The notes under the pieces were generated by a model that saw nothing but the letters and a program-made list of their open reading frames with translations, had not been told where the DNA came from and did no database searches. Positions 21,555 through 30,500 of a stretch of DNA of 64,000 nt are shown here, piece after piece (the first letter of the stretch is position 1; each line of letters begins with the position of its first letter). Location of the stretch: the NCBI GenBank assembly GCA_027315245.1, contig DAHUYK010000128.1, forward strand, positions 6,648-70,647, written 5' to 3'. The stretch comes from Vulcanimicrobiota bacterium (GTDB lineage: Bacteria > Vulcanimicrobiota > Vulcanimicrobiia > Vulcanimicrobiales > Vulcanimicrobiaceae). A program made the position numbers and the translations under genes.

Positions 21555-22500
21555 CGACGAACACGCCGACCAGGTGCACTTCCAACTCCAAATCGACTCC
21601 GCAGTGCTCGAACACGGCCCGGCGCACGCGTGCGAGTAGCGTCGCAACGTCCTTCGCCGTGGCCTTGCCGAGGTTGTTCACGAAGTTCGCGTGCAGAGGC
21701 GAAACCTCCGCGTCACCTTCGCGCCAACCCTTCGCACCGGCCGCTTCGATGAGCCGCGCTGCCTTGCCGGAGGGTGGATTGCGAAAGCAGGACCCGGCAT
21801 TCGGAAGCGCGATGGGCTGGCTGTTCTTGCGGCGCACGAGGCGACGCTGCATCTCGGCTCGCTCCTTGGAGGCATCGCCCCGGTCGAACGCCAGGGTCAC
21901 GCGTGAGACGACCGCATCGTGCGCGAGCGTCGTATGACGATAGTAATACTGCAGCGTCACGGCGTGGGGATCGGGTTTCGCCGGCGATTGCACCCACACG
22001 TCGCGCACGAAATCGCCGATCTCCCGGTCGGTGCCCGCGTTCATGCGCAGTGAGCCGCCGACCGTGCCGGGTATCCCGGCGAGCGACCCAATCGCATGCG
22101 CTCCGGCTGAGGCCGCCTTTGCCGTGAGCGCCGCCATGCCGGCGGAGGCTCCGGCGCTGACGATGATCCCGTCTCCGTCGACGCGGACGTCGATCCGCGC
22201 AAACGCGCCAGCGAGGTGCAGAACGAGGCCGCGAATGCCGCCGTCGCCGACGAGCATGTTGCTGCCGCTTCCGATCACAAACCACGGCATGCGCCGCCGC
22301 AGGCACCAGCGCATGACCTGCGCCAGCTCCGCCTCGCTCTCGACGGTCAGGAGCGCGTCCGCCGGCCCGCCGATGCGCCACGAGGTACACGGCGCGAGCG
22401 GCGCGTCGAACGCCGCATGTTCGCCGGCGATTGCTCGGAGCGCGCCGCGGTCGGCATCGTCGAGCAGCGAACGGAGCGCTGCTTGCGTCGTGACGCTCAC
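21547..22500 (-). CDS. murB: UDP-N-acetylenolpyruvoylglucosamine reductase
   Basis: 317 aa. FAD-binding PCMH domain (WRIGGPADAL...VIGSGSNMLV), C-terminal MurB domain. 4-nt overlap with the murC stop. Confidence 0.92.
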   Translation of the reverse strand: MSVTTQAALRSLLDDADRGALRAIAGEHAAFDAPLAPCTSWRIGGPADALLTVESEAELAQVMRWCLRRRMPWFVIGSGSNMLVGDGGIRGLVLHLAGAFARIDVRVDGDGIIVSAGASAGMAALTAKAASAGAHAIGSLAGIPGTVGGSLRMNAGTDREIGDFVRDVWVQSPAKPDPHAVTLQYYYRHTTLAHDAVVSRVTLAFDRGDASKERAEMQRRLVRRKNSQPIALPNAGSCFRNPPSGKAARLIEAAGAKGWREGDAEVSPLHANFVNNLGKATAKDVATLLARVRRAVFEHCGVDLELEVHLVGVFVDA

Positions 22501-23855
22501 GCGACGCGATGCGCCAGACGCGCGGCGGCGTCGGTAATGTTGCCGGCTCCCAACATGAGCACGAGCGCGCCCACGGGCGCCTCGGAAGCGATGCGTCCGT
22601 CCAACTCGTCGACGCCACCGACGTACTGCACCGCCGTTCCCTGCGCAGCGAGCGGCTCGCCGATGGAGGCGGACGTGATGCCGGGAAGCGGCGGCTCCGA
22701 CGCGGCGTAGATGGGCGCGAGATAGACGCGGTCGGCGCCACGGAGCGCATCGGCGAAACCCCGGGCGAGGTAGGCGGTGCGGCTGAAGCGGTGCGGCTGA
22801 AATGCGACGACGATAGGGCCGGCGTGGTAAGCGCGCGCCGTAGCAATCGTCTCCCGTATCGCCGTTGGATGATGCGCGTAATCGTCGACGACCGTCATAC
22901 GCGCGTTCGCGCAGAGCACATCGAAGCGCCGGCGCACGCCGCGGAAGCCGTGCAGCGCATCTCCAATGCGCACGAACGGAATCTCGAGCCGGCGCCCCAC
23001 TGCAACGGCTGCGAGCGCGTTGCAGACGTTCATCACCCCGGGCACGGAGAGGTCGACGGTGCCCAAACAGACGCCGCCGGCAACGACGTCGAACGACGTG
23101 CTCAAGCCGCGCGCCTGCAGGTTCACGCCGCGCACGTCCGCCGATTGCGCGAAACCGAACCCCACACCGGCGCAGTGCCGAGGCAGCGCCAGCAGCGACG
23201 CAGCGCGCGGCTCGTCGACACCGACGATCGCGAGCCCGCCAGCGGGAAGGCGCGCGAGAAACTCCGCAAACTTCTCAACGAGATGCGGCAACTCGTCGTC
23301 GCTCGATAGATGGTCGTTTTCGATGTTCGTAACGACGGCGATCTCCGGCTCGAGGATCGAGAAGGAGCCATCGGACTCGTCGGCCTCCGTCACCAACCAT
23401 GGTGACGATCCGCCGTACGCGTTTGAATCGAGCGTCGCGTCGATGCCGCCAAGGGCAAGTGTCGCGTCGATGCCGCCCGCGCGCAGCACGGCGTGAATCA
23501 TTGCCGTCGTCGTCGTCTTTCCATGCGTTCCTGAGATCGCGATGCCGCGTCGCTCTCGCAGCAGTTGCGCGAGAAGCTCGCCGCGGTGCAGCAGCGGGAT
23601 CCCGGCGCTTCGCGCTTGCACGTACTCGGGGTTGTCGCGTTCGATGGCGGAGCTGAAAACGACGCGCTGCGCGCCTGCAACGTTTTCGCGCGCGTGGCCG
23701 ATGCGCACGTCCGCACCCTCTTCCCGCAGCCGCGTGAGGAGCGGCGTTTCATGCCGGTCCGAGCCGCGCACGCTGTCGCCGCGCGCAAGCAACAGGCGCG
23801 CGAGCGCGCTCATGCCGATGCCCCCGATGCCGATGAAATGCGTGACCTGCCCCAT
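22497..23855 (-). CDS. murC: UDP-N-acetylmuramate--L-alanine ligase
   Basis: 452 aa. HFIGIGGIGMSALA and Mur ligase P-loop GTHGKTTTT. Confidence 0.95.
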   Translation of the reverse strand: MGQVTHFIGIGGIGMSALARLLLARGDSVRGSDRHETPLLTRLREEGADVRIGHARENVAGAQRVVFSSAIERDNPEYVQARSAGIPLLHRGELLAQLLRERRGIAISGTHGKTTTTAMIHAVLRAGGIDATLALGGIDATLDSNAYGGSSPWLVTEADESDGSFSILEPEIAVVTNIENDHLSSDDELPHLVEKFAEFLARLPAGGLAIVGVDEPRAASLLALPRHCAGVGFGFAQSADVRGVNLQARGLSTSFDVVAGGVCLGTVDLSVPGVMNVCNALAAVAVGRRLEIPFVRIGDALHGFRGVRRRFDVLCANARMTVVDDYAHHPTAIRETIATARAYHAGPIVVAFQPHRFSRTAYLARGFADALRGADRVYLAPIYAASEPPLPGITSASIGEPLAAQGTAVQYVGGVDELDGRIASEAPVGALVLMLGAGNITDAAARLAHRVA

Positions 23856-23864
23856 GGAGGTTCG

Positions 23865-24914
23865 TTATCTTCGCGAGACGAGGGCATCAATCCGGGCGAC
23901 GATCGCGCGCGTTGCGTCGACGCCGTGCAGCGCGCAGTTCGCGCGCATCCCCGCCAGGCGTTGCGGAGCCGTGACCTCGGCGAGCACGGCGGCGAGCCGC
24001 AGCGGAAGGTCGCGGTCCTCGACGACGACCGCGCCCCCCGACGCGGCTGCAGCAGCGGCATTGGCGGCCTGATGCGCCTGTGCCGCATGCGGGTACGGCA
24101 CGAGTATTGCCGGAAGGCGCAGCGCCGCAAGCTCCGCGAGCGTTGAAGCGCCAGCGCGCGCGAGCGCCAGATTCGCCACCGCGTACGCATCCGACGGATC
24201 GTCGAGATACGCGCGCACGACCGCGCGGCCCCGCAGCGCGCTGCGCACCCGCTCGTAGTCACGCTCGCCGGTGAGATGGAGCAGTTGCCACCCCGCCGGA
24301 ATGCGGCCTTCGTCGACGAGCGCGATGATTGCGTCGTTGATCGAACGCGCACCCTGGCTCGCGCCGAATGCAAAGAGCACCATGGCGCCGGGATCGAGGC
24401 CGAGCCGCGTTGCCGCTTGCTCGCGCGGCGGCAGCGCAAGCAGTTCGGCACGAACGGGAACCCCGGTGGTCTTCGCGGTCCACACTTCGTCTGCGAGCGG
24501 CGCGAGGACACGATTGGCGACGCCGGCAACGGCGTTGGGTTCGAGCAGGCAGATCGGCATACGGCGGCGGTACAACATGCGGTGCATGCGTGCCGCGACG
24601 ACGAGCGGAACGCATACGTAGCCGCCGGTCGCGACGACGGCGTCCGGGCGTACGCGAGCGAGAAGACGCAGGCTCCGCACGATGCCCGCCAGGTTGCACC
24701 ACAGCGTTCGCGCGAGATCCAGCGAGATACCCCGAAACGGATGCGCCGAAATGGTTTCGAGCGTGAAGCCGGCCTCCGGCACGAGACGTGACTCCAGGCG
24801 ATCGCGCGTGCCCACGAACCAAACGTCGTCGCCGCGCGCGCGAAGCGCGTTCGCGATCGCGAAGGCGGGGTAGAGATGACCGCCGGTCCCCCCGGCGGCA
24901 AAGAGCACCTTCAC
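23865..24914 (-). CDS. murG: Lipid I N-acetylglucosaminyltransferase (MurG)
   Basis: 349 aa. N-terminal GGTGGHLYPA motif, GT28 architecture. Confidence 0.93.
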   Translation of the reverse strand: MKVLFAAGGTGGHLYPAFAIANALRARGDDVWFVGTRDRLESRLVPEAGFTLETISAHPFRGISLDLARTLWCNLAGIVRSLRLLARVRPDAVVATGGYVCVPLVVAARMHRMLYRRRMPICLLEPNAVAGVANRVLAPLADEVWTAKTTGVPVRAELLALPPREQAATRLGLDPGAMVLFAFGASQGARSINDAIIALVDEGRIPAGWQLLHLTGERDYERVRSALRGRAVVRAYLDDPSDAYAVANLALARAGASTLAELAALRLPAILVPYPHAAQAHQAANAAAAAASGGAVVVEDRDLPLRLAAVLAEVTAPQRLAGMRANCALHGVDATRAIVARIDALVSRR

Positions 24915-24920
24915 CGCGCG

Positions 24921-26084
24921 TTACGCGCGGACGCGGCGGTGGCGACCGACGTTGAGGATGAGCGCTACCGCGATCATATCGGCCACGAGCGCGCTGCCGC
25001 CGAAGGAGATGAACGGCAGCGGCACACCGGTGACCGGCCAGGAGGACGTCACGACGCCGATATTGACAAACGCCTGCACGACGATCATCGCGGCGCAGCC
25101 GACGGCGAGAAGGAAGCCAAACGAGTCGCGCGCCGCCAGAGCGATACGAATCGAACGAAATGCGAATACGACGAAGAGTCCGACGACGAAGAGTGCGCCG
25201 GCGAGCCCCGCCTCCTCGCCGAGCACGGAAAAGATGAAGTCGGTGTACTGTTCGGGCAGATAGAAGAACTTTTCGCGCGACGCACCCAAACCGACGCCGC
25301 TCAGCCCCCCCGTGCCAAGCGCGTAGAGCGACTGGATGATGTGAAAGCCCGTGTTCTGCGGGTCACGCCACGGATCGACGAAAGCGAAGAGCCGTGCACG
25401 CCACATGGCGTTGTGCAGCATTTCGATCGCAACGGGCGGCAGCATCGCCAAGGTAACGGCAACGAGATGCGGGACGCGCGCACCGCTTGCAAAGAAGAGC
25501 ACGAAGGCGATCATCACGAGCAGCGAGGCCGTGCCCAGATCCGGCTCTTTGAGCACGAGGACTGCCGTCACGACGACCGGTACGAGCGCCGGCGCCAAAC
25601 CGCTGACGAGCTTCGTCACGTCGATGCGCGGCTCGCGTCCGGAGAGCCACGCGGCCAGGAAAATCACGAGGCTCAGCTTCGCGAACTCCGAGGGCTGCAG
25701 GGTGATGCCGTGCGTGCCAATCCAGCGATGAACGCCGTTGACACGAATGCCGGCATGCGGCACGAAGACGAGCAGCAGCCCGATCGTGCCTGCGACGAAG
25801 ATGTACGGCGCAAAACGCCGCAAAAGCAGATAGTCGATCCTGTAGGCTCCATAGCCGCACAGACAACCGACGAGCAGCCATAGAAACTGCCGTTTCACGT
25901 AGTAGGCCGTGTCGAGATGCTCTGCATTCGCCGTGACGCTCGACGCGGAATAGATCATCACGAGGCCGAGTGAGACGAGCAGCGCGACCGCGCCGAAGAG
26001 CCATGGATCGGGCGGTATCGCAACGTACGGCCGCCGCGGAGCGGCGTCCTCATACGGGCGGCGAAGCGCTGCGCTGCTACGCAC
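24921..26084 (-). CDS. ftsW: SEDS-family peptidoglycan glycosyltransferase FtsW
   Basis: GTG at 26084 (8-nt overlap with the murD stop). About 10 TM segments, QPSEFAKL motif, dcw position between murD and murG. The upstream 206 codons of the track ORF lie in an alternate frame over murD and were trimmed. Confidence 0.88.
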   Translation of the reverse strand: MRSSAALRRPYEDAAPRRPYVAIPPDPWLFGAVALLVSLGLVMIYSASSVTANAEHLDTAYYVKRQFLWLLVGCLCGYGAYRIDYLLLRRFAPYIFVAGTIGLLLVFVPHAGIRVNGVHRWIGTHGITLQPSEFAKLSLVIFLAAWLSGREPRIDVTKLVSGLAPALVPVVVTAVLVLKEPDLGTASLLVMIAFVLFFASGARVPHLVAVTLAMLPPVAIEMLHNAMWRARLFAFVDPWRDPQNTGFHIIQSLYALGTGGLSGVGLGASREKFFYLPEQYTDFIFSVLGEEAGLAGALFVVGLFVVFAFRSIRIALAARDSFGFLLAVGCAAMIVVQAFVNIGVVTSSWPVTGVPLPFISFGGSALVADMIAVALILNVGRHRRVRA

Positions 26085-27480
26085 GCGTTCCTTGGGCGAG
26101 CATCTCGACCGCGCGCGCGAACTGCCGCCCCCGGTCTTCGGCATCATGGAACATGTCGAAGGAGGCGCAGGCCGGTGCGAGCAGCACGACGTCGCCGGGC
26201 TGCGCGGTGCGATGCGCGCGATCGACTGCTTCCTCCATCGAGGCGGCTCGCTGCACGGGCACCTCGCCCGCGATGCGCGCGATCGCTGGCGCCGCTTCGC
26301 CGATAGCGATCGCGGATCGGGCATGCTCACGTATTGCCACACCCAGGCCGGCGAAATCCGTTTGCTTCTCGCGGCCGCCGGCGATGAGCACGACGGGGGC
26401 GTGAAACGCTCGCAGCGCGGCCACCGCCGCCGAAGGATTCGTCGCCTTGGAATCGTCGACGTAAAGCACACCGTCGATCTCCGCAACGCGCTGCAAGCGA
26501 TGCGGCAGCCCGCTGAAGCTGCGAACGCCCGCCCGCAGCTCTTGTGGCTCGCATCCGGCGCACAGCGCCGCAAGCATCGCCGCCATCGTGTTACGCAGGT
26601 TGTGCTCGCCGAGCAGCGGCACGTCGGCGCGATCCAGCACCGCGACGGGATCTGCCCCAGGCTGCGACGCGCAGATCGTATCGCCGCGGAGCCACATCGC
26701 ATCGGTGCGCTCGGCTCTTTGCGTCGTATACCAGAACCGCGCCGGCGGGCAATCGGCTCGCGCGAAAGCGTCTTCGAGGCCTCGCAGGCGCGCGTCGTCC
26801 CGGTCGAGCACGATCGCGTCGCCGTCGCCCTGGTTGAGGAAGATGCGAAATTTCGCGCGCGCGTACTCGTCGATCGAAGCGTAACGGTCGAGGTGGTCGG
26901 CCTCGATGTTGAGCATCACGGCGATGCGGGGCCGCAGCGCGTCGATCGTCTCTAATTGAAAGGACGAGAGCTCGGCCACGACCCACGAGCGTGCCGTTGC
27001 GCCGGCAACCGCGTTGACGAGCGGCTCGCCGATGTTACCGCCGAGTCGCGCGTCTTTGCCGCAGGCGCGCAGCAGGTGCGCGATGAGTGCGGCAGTCGTT
27101 GACTTTCCTTTTGTGCCCGTGACGGCAATCATCGGCGCATCGCAGAGCCGCCACGCCACCTCCACTTCGCCGATCGCCGGGACTCCTGCGGTGCGCACGC
27201 GCGTCGCGACGACGGAAGATGGCGGCACGCCGGGCGAAAGCACCGCGAGCGTCGCCTGCGCGAGCACGGCATCCAACTCGGCGGGTGCTGCAAACGCGGC
27301 ACCGGCGGCTTCCAGACGCGCGATGCGCTCGAGCAACTCCGCACGGGGCTTTTCGTCCGTCGCGATCACGCGCGCACCGCGCGCACGCAGCGCTTGCGCA
27401 CTCGCGATTCCACTCTTGCCGAGGCCCACCACGAGCACGGTCTGCGAGTCGAATCGCTGCGAGGCGTCAGAGATTCCCAA
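26077..27480 (-). CDS. murD: UDP-N-acetylmuramoylalanine--D-glutamate ligase
   Basis: 467 aa. VVGLGKSGIA Rossmann motif and GTKGKSTT P-loop. TTG start overlapping the mraY stop by 14 nt. Confidence 0.93.
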   Translation of the reverse strand: MGISDASQRFDSQTVLVVGLGKSGIASAQALRARGARVIATDEKPRAELLERIARLEAAGAAFAAPAELDAVLAQATLAVLSPGVPPSSVVATRVRTAGVPAIGEVEVAWRLCDAPMIAVTGTKGKSTTAALIAHLLRACGKDARLGGNIGEPLVNAVAGATARSWVVAELSSFQLETIDALRPRIAVMLNIEADHLDRYASIDEYARAKFRIFLNQGDGDAIVLDRDDARLRGLEDAFARADCPPARFWYTTQRAERTDAMWLRGDTICASQPGADPVAVLDRADVPLLGEHNLRNTMAAMLAALCAGCEPQELRAGVRSFSGLPHRLQRVAEIDGVLYVDDSKATNPSAAVAALRAFHAPVVLIAGGREKQTDFAGLGVAIREHARSAIAIGEAAPAIARIAGEVPVQRAASMEEAVDRAHRTAQPGDVVLLAPACASFDMFHDAEDRGRQFARAVEMLAQGTRA

Positions 27481-28429
27481 TGACCCATCCTACCACGGAA
27501 CAGAGCAGCGACGCGAGCCAAAAGCAGAACGTGACCGTGCGTTCGGGCCAGCCTGCCAGCTCGAAGTGATGGTGCAATGGACTCATGAGAAATATCCGGC
27601 GACCGCCGGAGAGTCGAAAGTAGGCGACCTGCAGCATCACCGAGAGCGCTTCGGCGACGAAAAGGCCACCGATGACGACGAGCAAGAGCACCTCTCCATC
27701 GAGAACCGCCGCACCGGCGAGCAACCCGCCGAGCGCGAGCGAGCCCGTATCGCCCATGAACATGCGCGCAGGATGGCGATTGTACACGAGAAATCCGAGC
27801 GCGCCGCCGATCGCGAAGGCGAATACCGCCGGCCACGCCGTGGGCGACGCGCCGGAGACGAGCGCGAGCGCCCATAGAACGTAGAGCGGCGGGATGATGG
27901 ACCCCGCCGCCAAACCGTCGAGCCCGTCGGTGAGATTCACGGCGTGCGCCGCACCCGTCACGGCCAGGATGCCGAGCACGAGCCAGAGCCAATAGGGTAC
28001 GAGCAGCGCGTGGGTACCGGCTGCAAAGATCGTGTCGTTGGCCGGCACCATCCGCATGAAGATCGCCGCTACGAGCGCCGTCGCCAAGAACTTCGTACGC
28101 GCGCGCAGCCCGCTGTTCGAGCCCGCTGCGATGCCAACGAAATCGTCGGCCACGCCGACCGTCACGCAGCCAAAGACGAGGACCATGAGCGCTCGCACGC
28201 GCTCGTCGTGCGCGACGACCGCGGCGCACGCGATCGCAGCGAGAATCGCGAGACCCCCCATCGTCGGCGTGCCGGTCTTCTCGCGATGGCGTTCGGGCGC
28301 GTCCTCGTCCGCGGTCTGTCGCAGCGCGTAACGCGGTAAGATGCGCAGCAGCAGCCAGCCGGCGGCGAGCGTAACGACGAAACCCGTCGCGACTTGCCAG
28401 GCTAGGTCCGCGAACTGAGCGTGCGTCAT
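27467..28429 (-). CDS. mraY: Phospho-N-acetylmuramoyl-pentapeptide transferase
   Basis: ATG at 28429 (ATGA overlap with the upstream CofE-like gene). Motifs KTGTPTMGG and NLTDGLDGLA; polytopic membrane protein. Confidence 0.93.
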   Translation of the reverse strand: MTHAQFADLAWQVATGFVVTLAAGWLLLRILPRYALRQTADEDAPERHREKTGTPTMGGLAILAAIACAAVVAHDERVRALMVLVFGCVTVGVADDFVGIAAGSNSGLRARTKFLATALVAAIFMRMVPANDTIFAAGTHALLVPYWLWLVLGILAVTGAAHAVNLTDGLDGLAAGSIIPPLYVLWALALVSGASPTAWPAVFAFAIGGALGFLVYNRHPARMFMGDTGSLALGGLLAGAAVLDGEVLLLVVIGGLFVAEALSVMLQVAYFRLSGGRRIFLMSPLHHHFELAGWPERTVTFCFWLASLLCSVVGWVIGNL

Positions 28430-29136
28430 GCGTTCACGGGCGCGTGCACGAGCGGGTTCTTCCCGGCGGCTCGCCACTTCAGGACGACGATCGGCGTCTG
28501 CTCGTCTCCGTTACCGTGCGGATTTCCCCTGAGCACGCGCTCGAGCAGCTCACGGTTCACCGACGAGCTTGCACCGAGGACCTTTGCCTTTTCGAGGTCG
28601 TTTGCGTCCACGACGGCGCAGGCAACCCCGGTCATCGCCTCGGCAGACGCGCAGAAGCCATTGGGGTCGCGCGGCGCGAGCACGATGGCGCGCTCGTACG
28701 GGGGCAGCGTGCCGGTGTAGCCGTCGATCGCCGTCACTGCATTTCCCATGATCTCGTAGAACTTACCGCGATGGCCGCGCAGCCGCGCTGCAACGTGTGC
28801 GATCGCCGCGTAGAGCACCTTACGCGAACCGGCTGCGTCGATGACGAGCTGCAGGGACTCCGGTTGATTCACCGTTGCAAGCGCGCCGGCACGCCGCGAG
28901 AGCGCGTAGGCCAAGCGCGATGGCCGTACGTACTCCGCGACGACGAGTTCGCCTTGCGCGATCGCGACGGCGCTCTCAGAGATCGCGATGACGTCGCCCC
29001 CGCGAGCGATGCCCGCGACGACCGAACCGAGGAGCGCAACGAAGTCGTCACCGGGACGCACGAGCGGCGTGCGCACGGGTATCGCAACGAGTCCGGCTGG
29101 TACGCCATCGCGGGCGACGGAAAGGGGACGGATCAC
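28426..29136 (-). CDS. CofE / F420-0:gamma-glutamyl ligase-like (PF01996-like) protein embedded in the dcw operon
   Basis: 236 aa from the GTG at 29136 (GTGA overlap with the murF stop); its stop overlaps the mraY ATG (ATGA). Three blocks resemble archaeal CofE as recalled: VRPGDDFVALL...GGDVIAISESAVAIAQGE versus IKEGDDLAELI...DGDVLVVCSTVISKAEGR, VLAPRDPNG...ACAVVDAND versus LLPPLDPDG...VGVIITDTNGR, and GNPHGNGDEQTPIVVLK versus GEGGDGIPAVVVRG. Similarity was judged by eye only. Confidence 0.6.
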   Translation of the reverse strand: MIRPLSVARDGVPAGLVAIPVRTPLVRPGDDFVALLGSVVAGIARGGDVIAISESAVAIAQGELVVAEYVRPSRLAYALSRRAGALATVNQPESLQLVIDAAGSRKVLYAAIAHVAARLRGHRGKFYEIMGNAVTAIDGYTGTLPPYERAIVLAPRDPNGFCASAEAMTGVACAVVDANDLEKAKVLGASSSVNRELLERVLRGNPHGNGDEQTPIVVLKWRAAGKNPLVHAPVNA

Positions 29137-30500
29137 GCTCTGCGCAGCTCCTCGACGATCTCTTCCATTTGATATTTGCGCGACCCCTTGAGCAGCACGA
29201 GGTCGTCGTGCGCGACGTGAGCGCGCAGCCATTGCGCGGCATCGTGATTCGTCGCGTACCGCACGATGCGCTGCCGCGCGAGGCCGGCATCCCGCGCACC
29301 GCGCTCGGTTTCCTGCGCGAACTCGCCGCCGGCAAGCAGCCAATCGACGCTGCTCGCAGCGTGCGCACCGACGCGCTCGTGCAGCGCCGGCGCCTCGGTT
29401 CCGAGCTCAGCCATGCCGCCGAGAACGGCGATTCGATGCCGCGCGGGTTCGCCGGCAAAGGCGTCGAGGGCCGCGATCGTCCCCGACGCGCTGGCATTGT
29501 ACGCATCGAAGATGAGCTGGACGCTGCCGAGCGCGAGACGTTCGAAGCGGCCGGGCGGTAGAGAGAGCGACGGAACGGCGTCGGCGACGTCGTCGAGTGG
29601 AACGCCGAACTCGAGCGCGACGGCGATGGCGGCGGCAAGATTCGTATGGTTGTGACTGCCCGCGAGGCGCACGTCGACGGCGCGCTCGTGCCGTTTGCCT
29701 GAAGCGTCGAGAACGAGCAGGCGCCCCCCTCCGAGAAGCGCACTGAGCGGACGCTCCATCTCCGGCTCCCGGTCCCCGGCGTAAAACCAGCGCGGCGGCT
29801 GTGAGAGCGCTGGTGCGCGCTCGCGCGACACCTCGTCGGAGAGATTGAGCACGGCGCGCGCACCGAGTGAAAACATGGCCCATTTCGTCTCCGCGAGCCG
29901 CTCGCGCGAGCCCATGATCTCGAGGTGCGCCTCGCCGACGTTCGTCAGCACTCCGGCGTGAGGGCGCGCGACCGCCACGAGCACGGCAACGTCGCCGTAC
30001 TTGCGTGCGCCCATCTCGACGACGAGCACGTCGTCTGCGTCGTTCGATGCCGCGAGCAGCAGCTTGGCAACGCCGATTTCATTATTTTCATTGCCGGGTG
30101 ATGAGAGCACACGGTACCGGCGCTCGAGCAGCTGCGCCGCGAGCACCTTCGTCGTCGTCTTTCCGGTGCTGCCGGTGATCGCGACGACCTTTCCCGTGAA
30201 CCGTTCGCGTGCCGCAGAGGCCAGCGCAAGGTATGCCGCGAGCGTCTCGTGGACGAGAAGTACCGTCACTCCCGGGACGAGCGCGCGCTCGTCGTCCGCG
30301 ATCACCGCCGCGGCGCCGGCCGCAACGGCGCGCTCGATGAAGTCATGGCCATCGTACCGCTCGCCGCGCAAGGCGAGAAACGTCTCGCCGGCCTTAAGCG
30401 CGCGCGTGTCGGTGACGACGCGCACTCCTGTGGGCGCGCGCTCCGGTTCGATGACCGCAGCATTCGTCACGCGGACGGCGACGTCAAAGGGAAGCGTCAT
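29133..30500 (-). CDS. murF: UDP-N-acetylmuramoyl-tripeptide--D-alanyl-D-alanine ligase
   Basis: 455 aa. Mur ligase P-loop ITGSTGKTTTK. Position after murE with a 4-nt overlap. Confidence 0.93.
   Translation of the reverse strand: MTLPFDVAVRVTNAAVIEPERAPTGVRVVTDTRALKAGETFLALRGERYDGHDFIERAVAAGAAAVIADDERALVPGVTVLLVHETLAAYLALASAARERFTGKVVAITGSTGKTTTKVLAAQLLERRYRVLSSPGNENNEIGVAKLLLAASNDADDVLVVEMGARKYGDVAVLVAVARPHAGVLTNVGEAHLEIMGSRERLAETKWAMFSLGARAVLNLSDEVSRERAPALSQPPRWFYAGDREPEMERPLSALLGGGRLLVLDASGKRHERAVDVRLAGSHNHTNLAAAIAVALEFGVPLDDVADAVPSLSLPPGRFERLALGSVQLIFDAYNASASGTIAALDAFAGEPARHRIAVLGGMAELGTEAPALHERVGAHAASSVDWLLAGGEFAQETERGARDAGLARQRIVRYATNHDAAQWLRAHVAHDDLVLLKGSRKYQMEEIVEELRRA

Noticed and set aside
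21713-22846. 377-aa Arg-rich ORF overlapping murB and murC in another frame
   Set aside because: Alternate-frame artefact. Both murB and murC carry diagnostic motifs in their own frames.
24876-25883. 335-aa plus-strand ORF opposite ftsW
   Set aside because: Antisense shadow. The ftsW frame shows SEDS topology and motifs.
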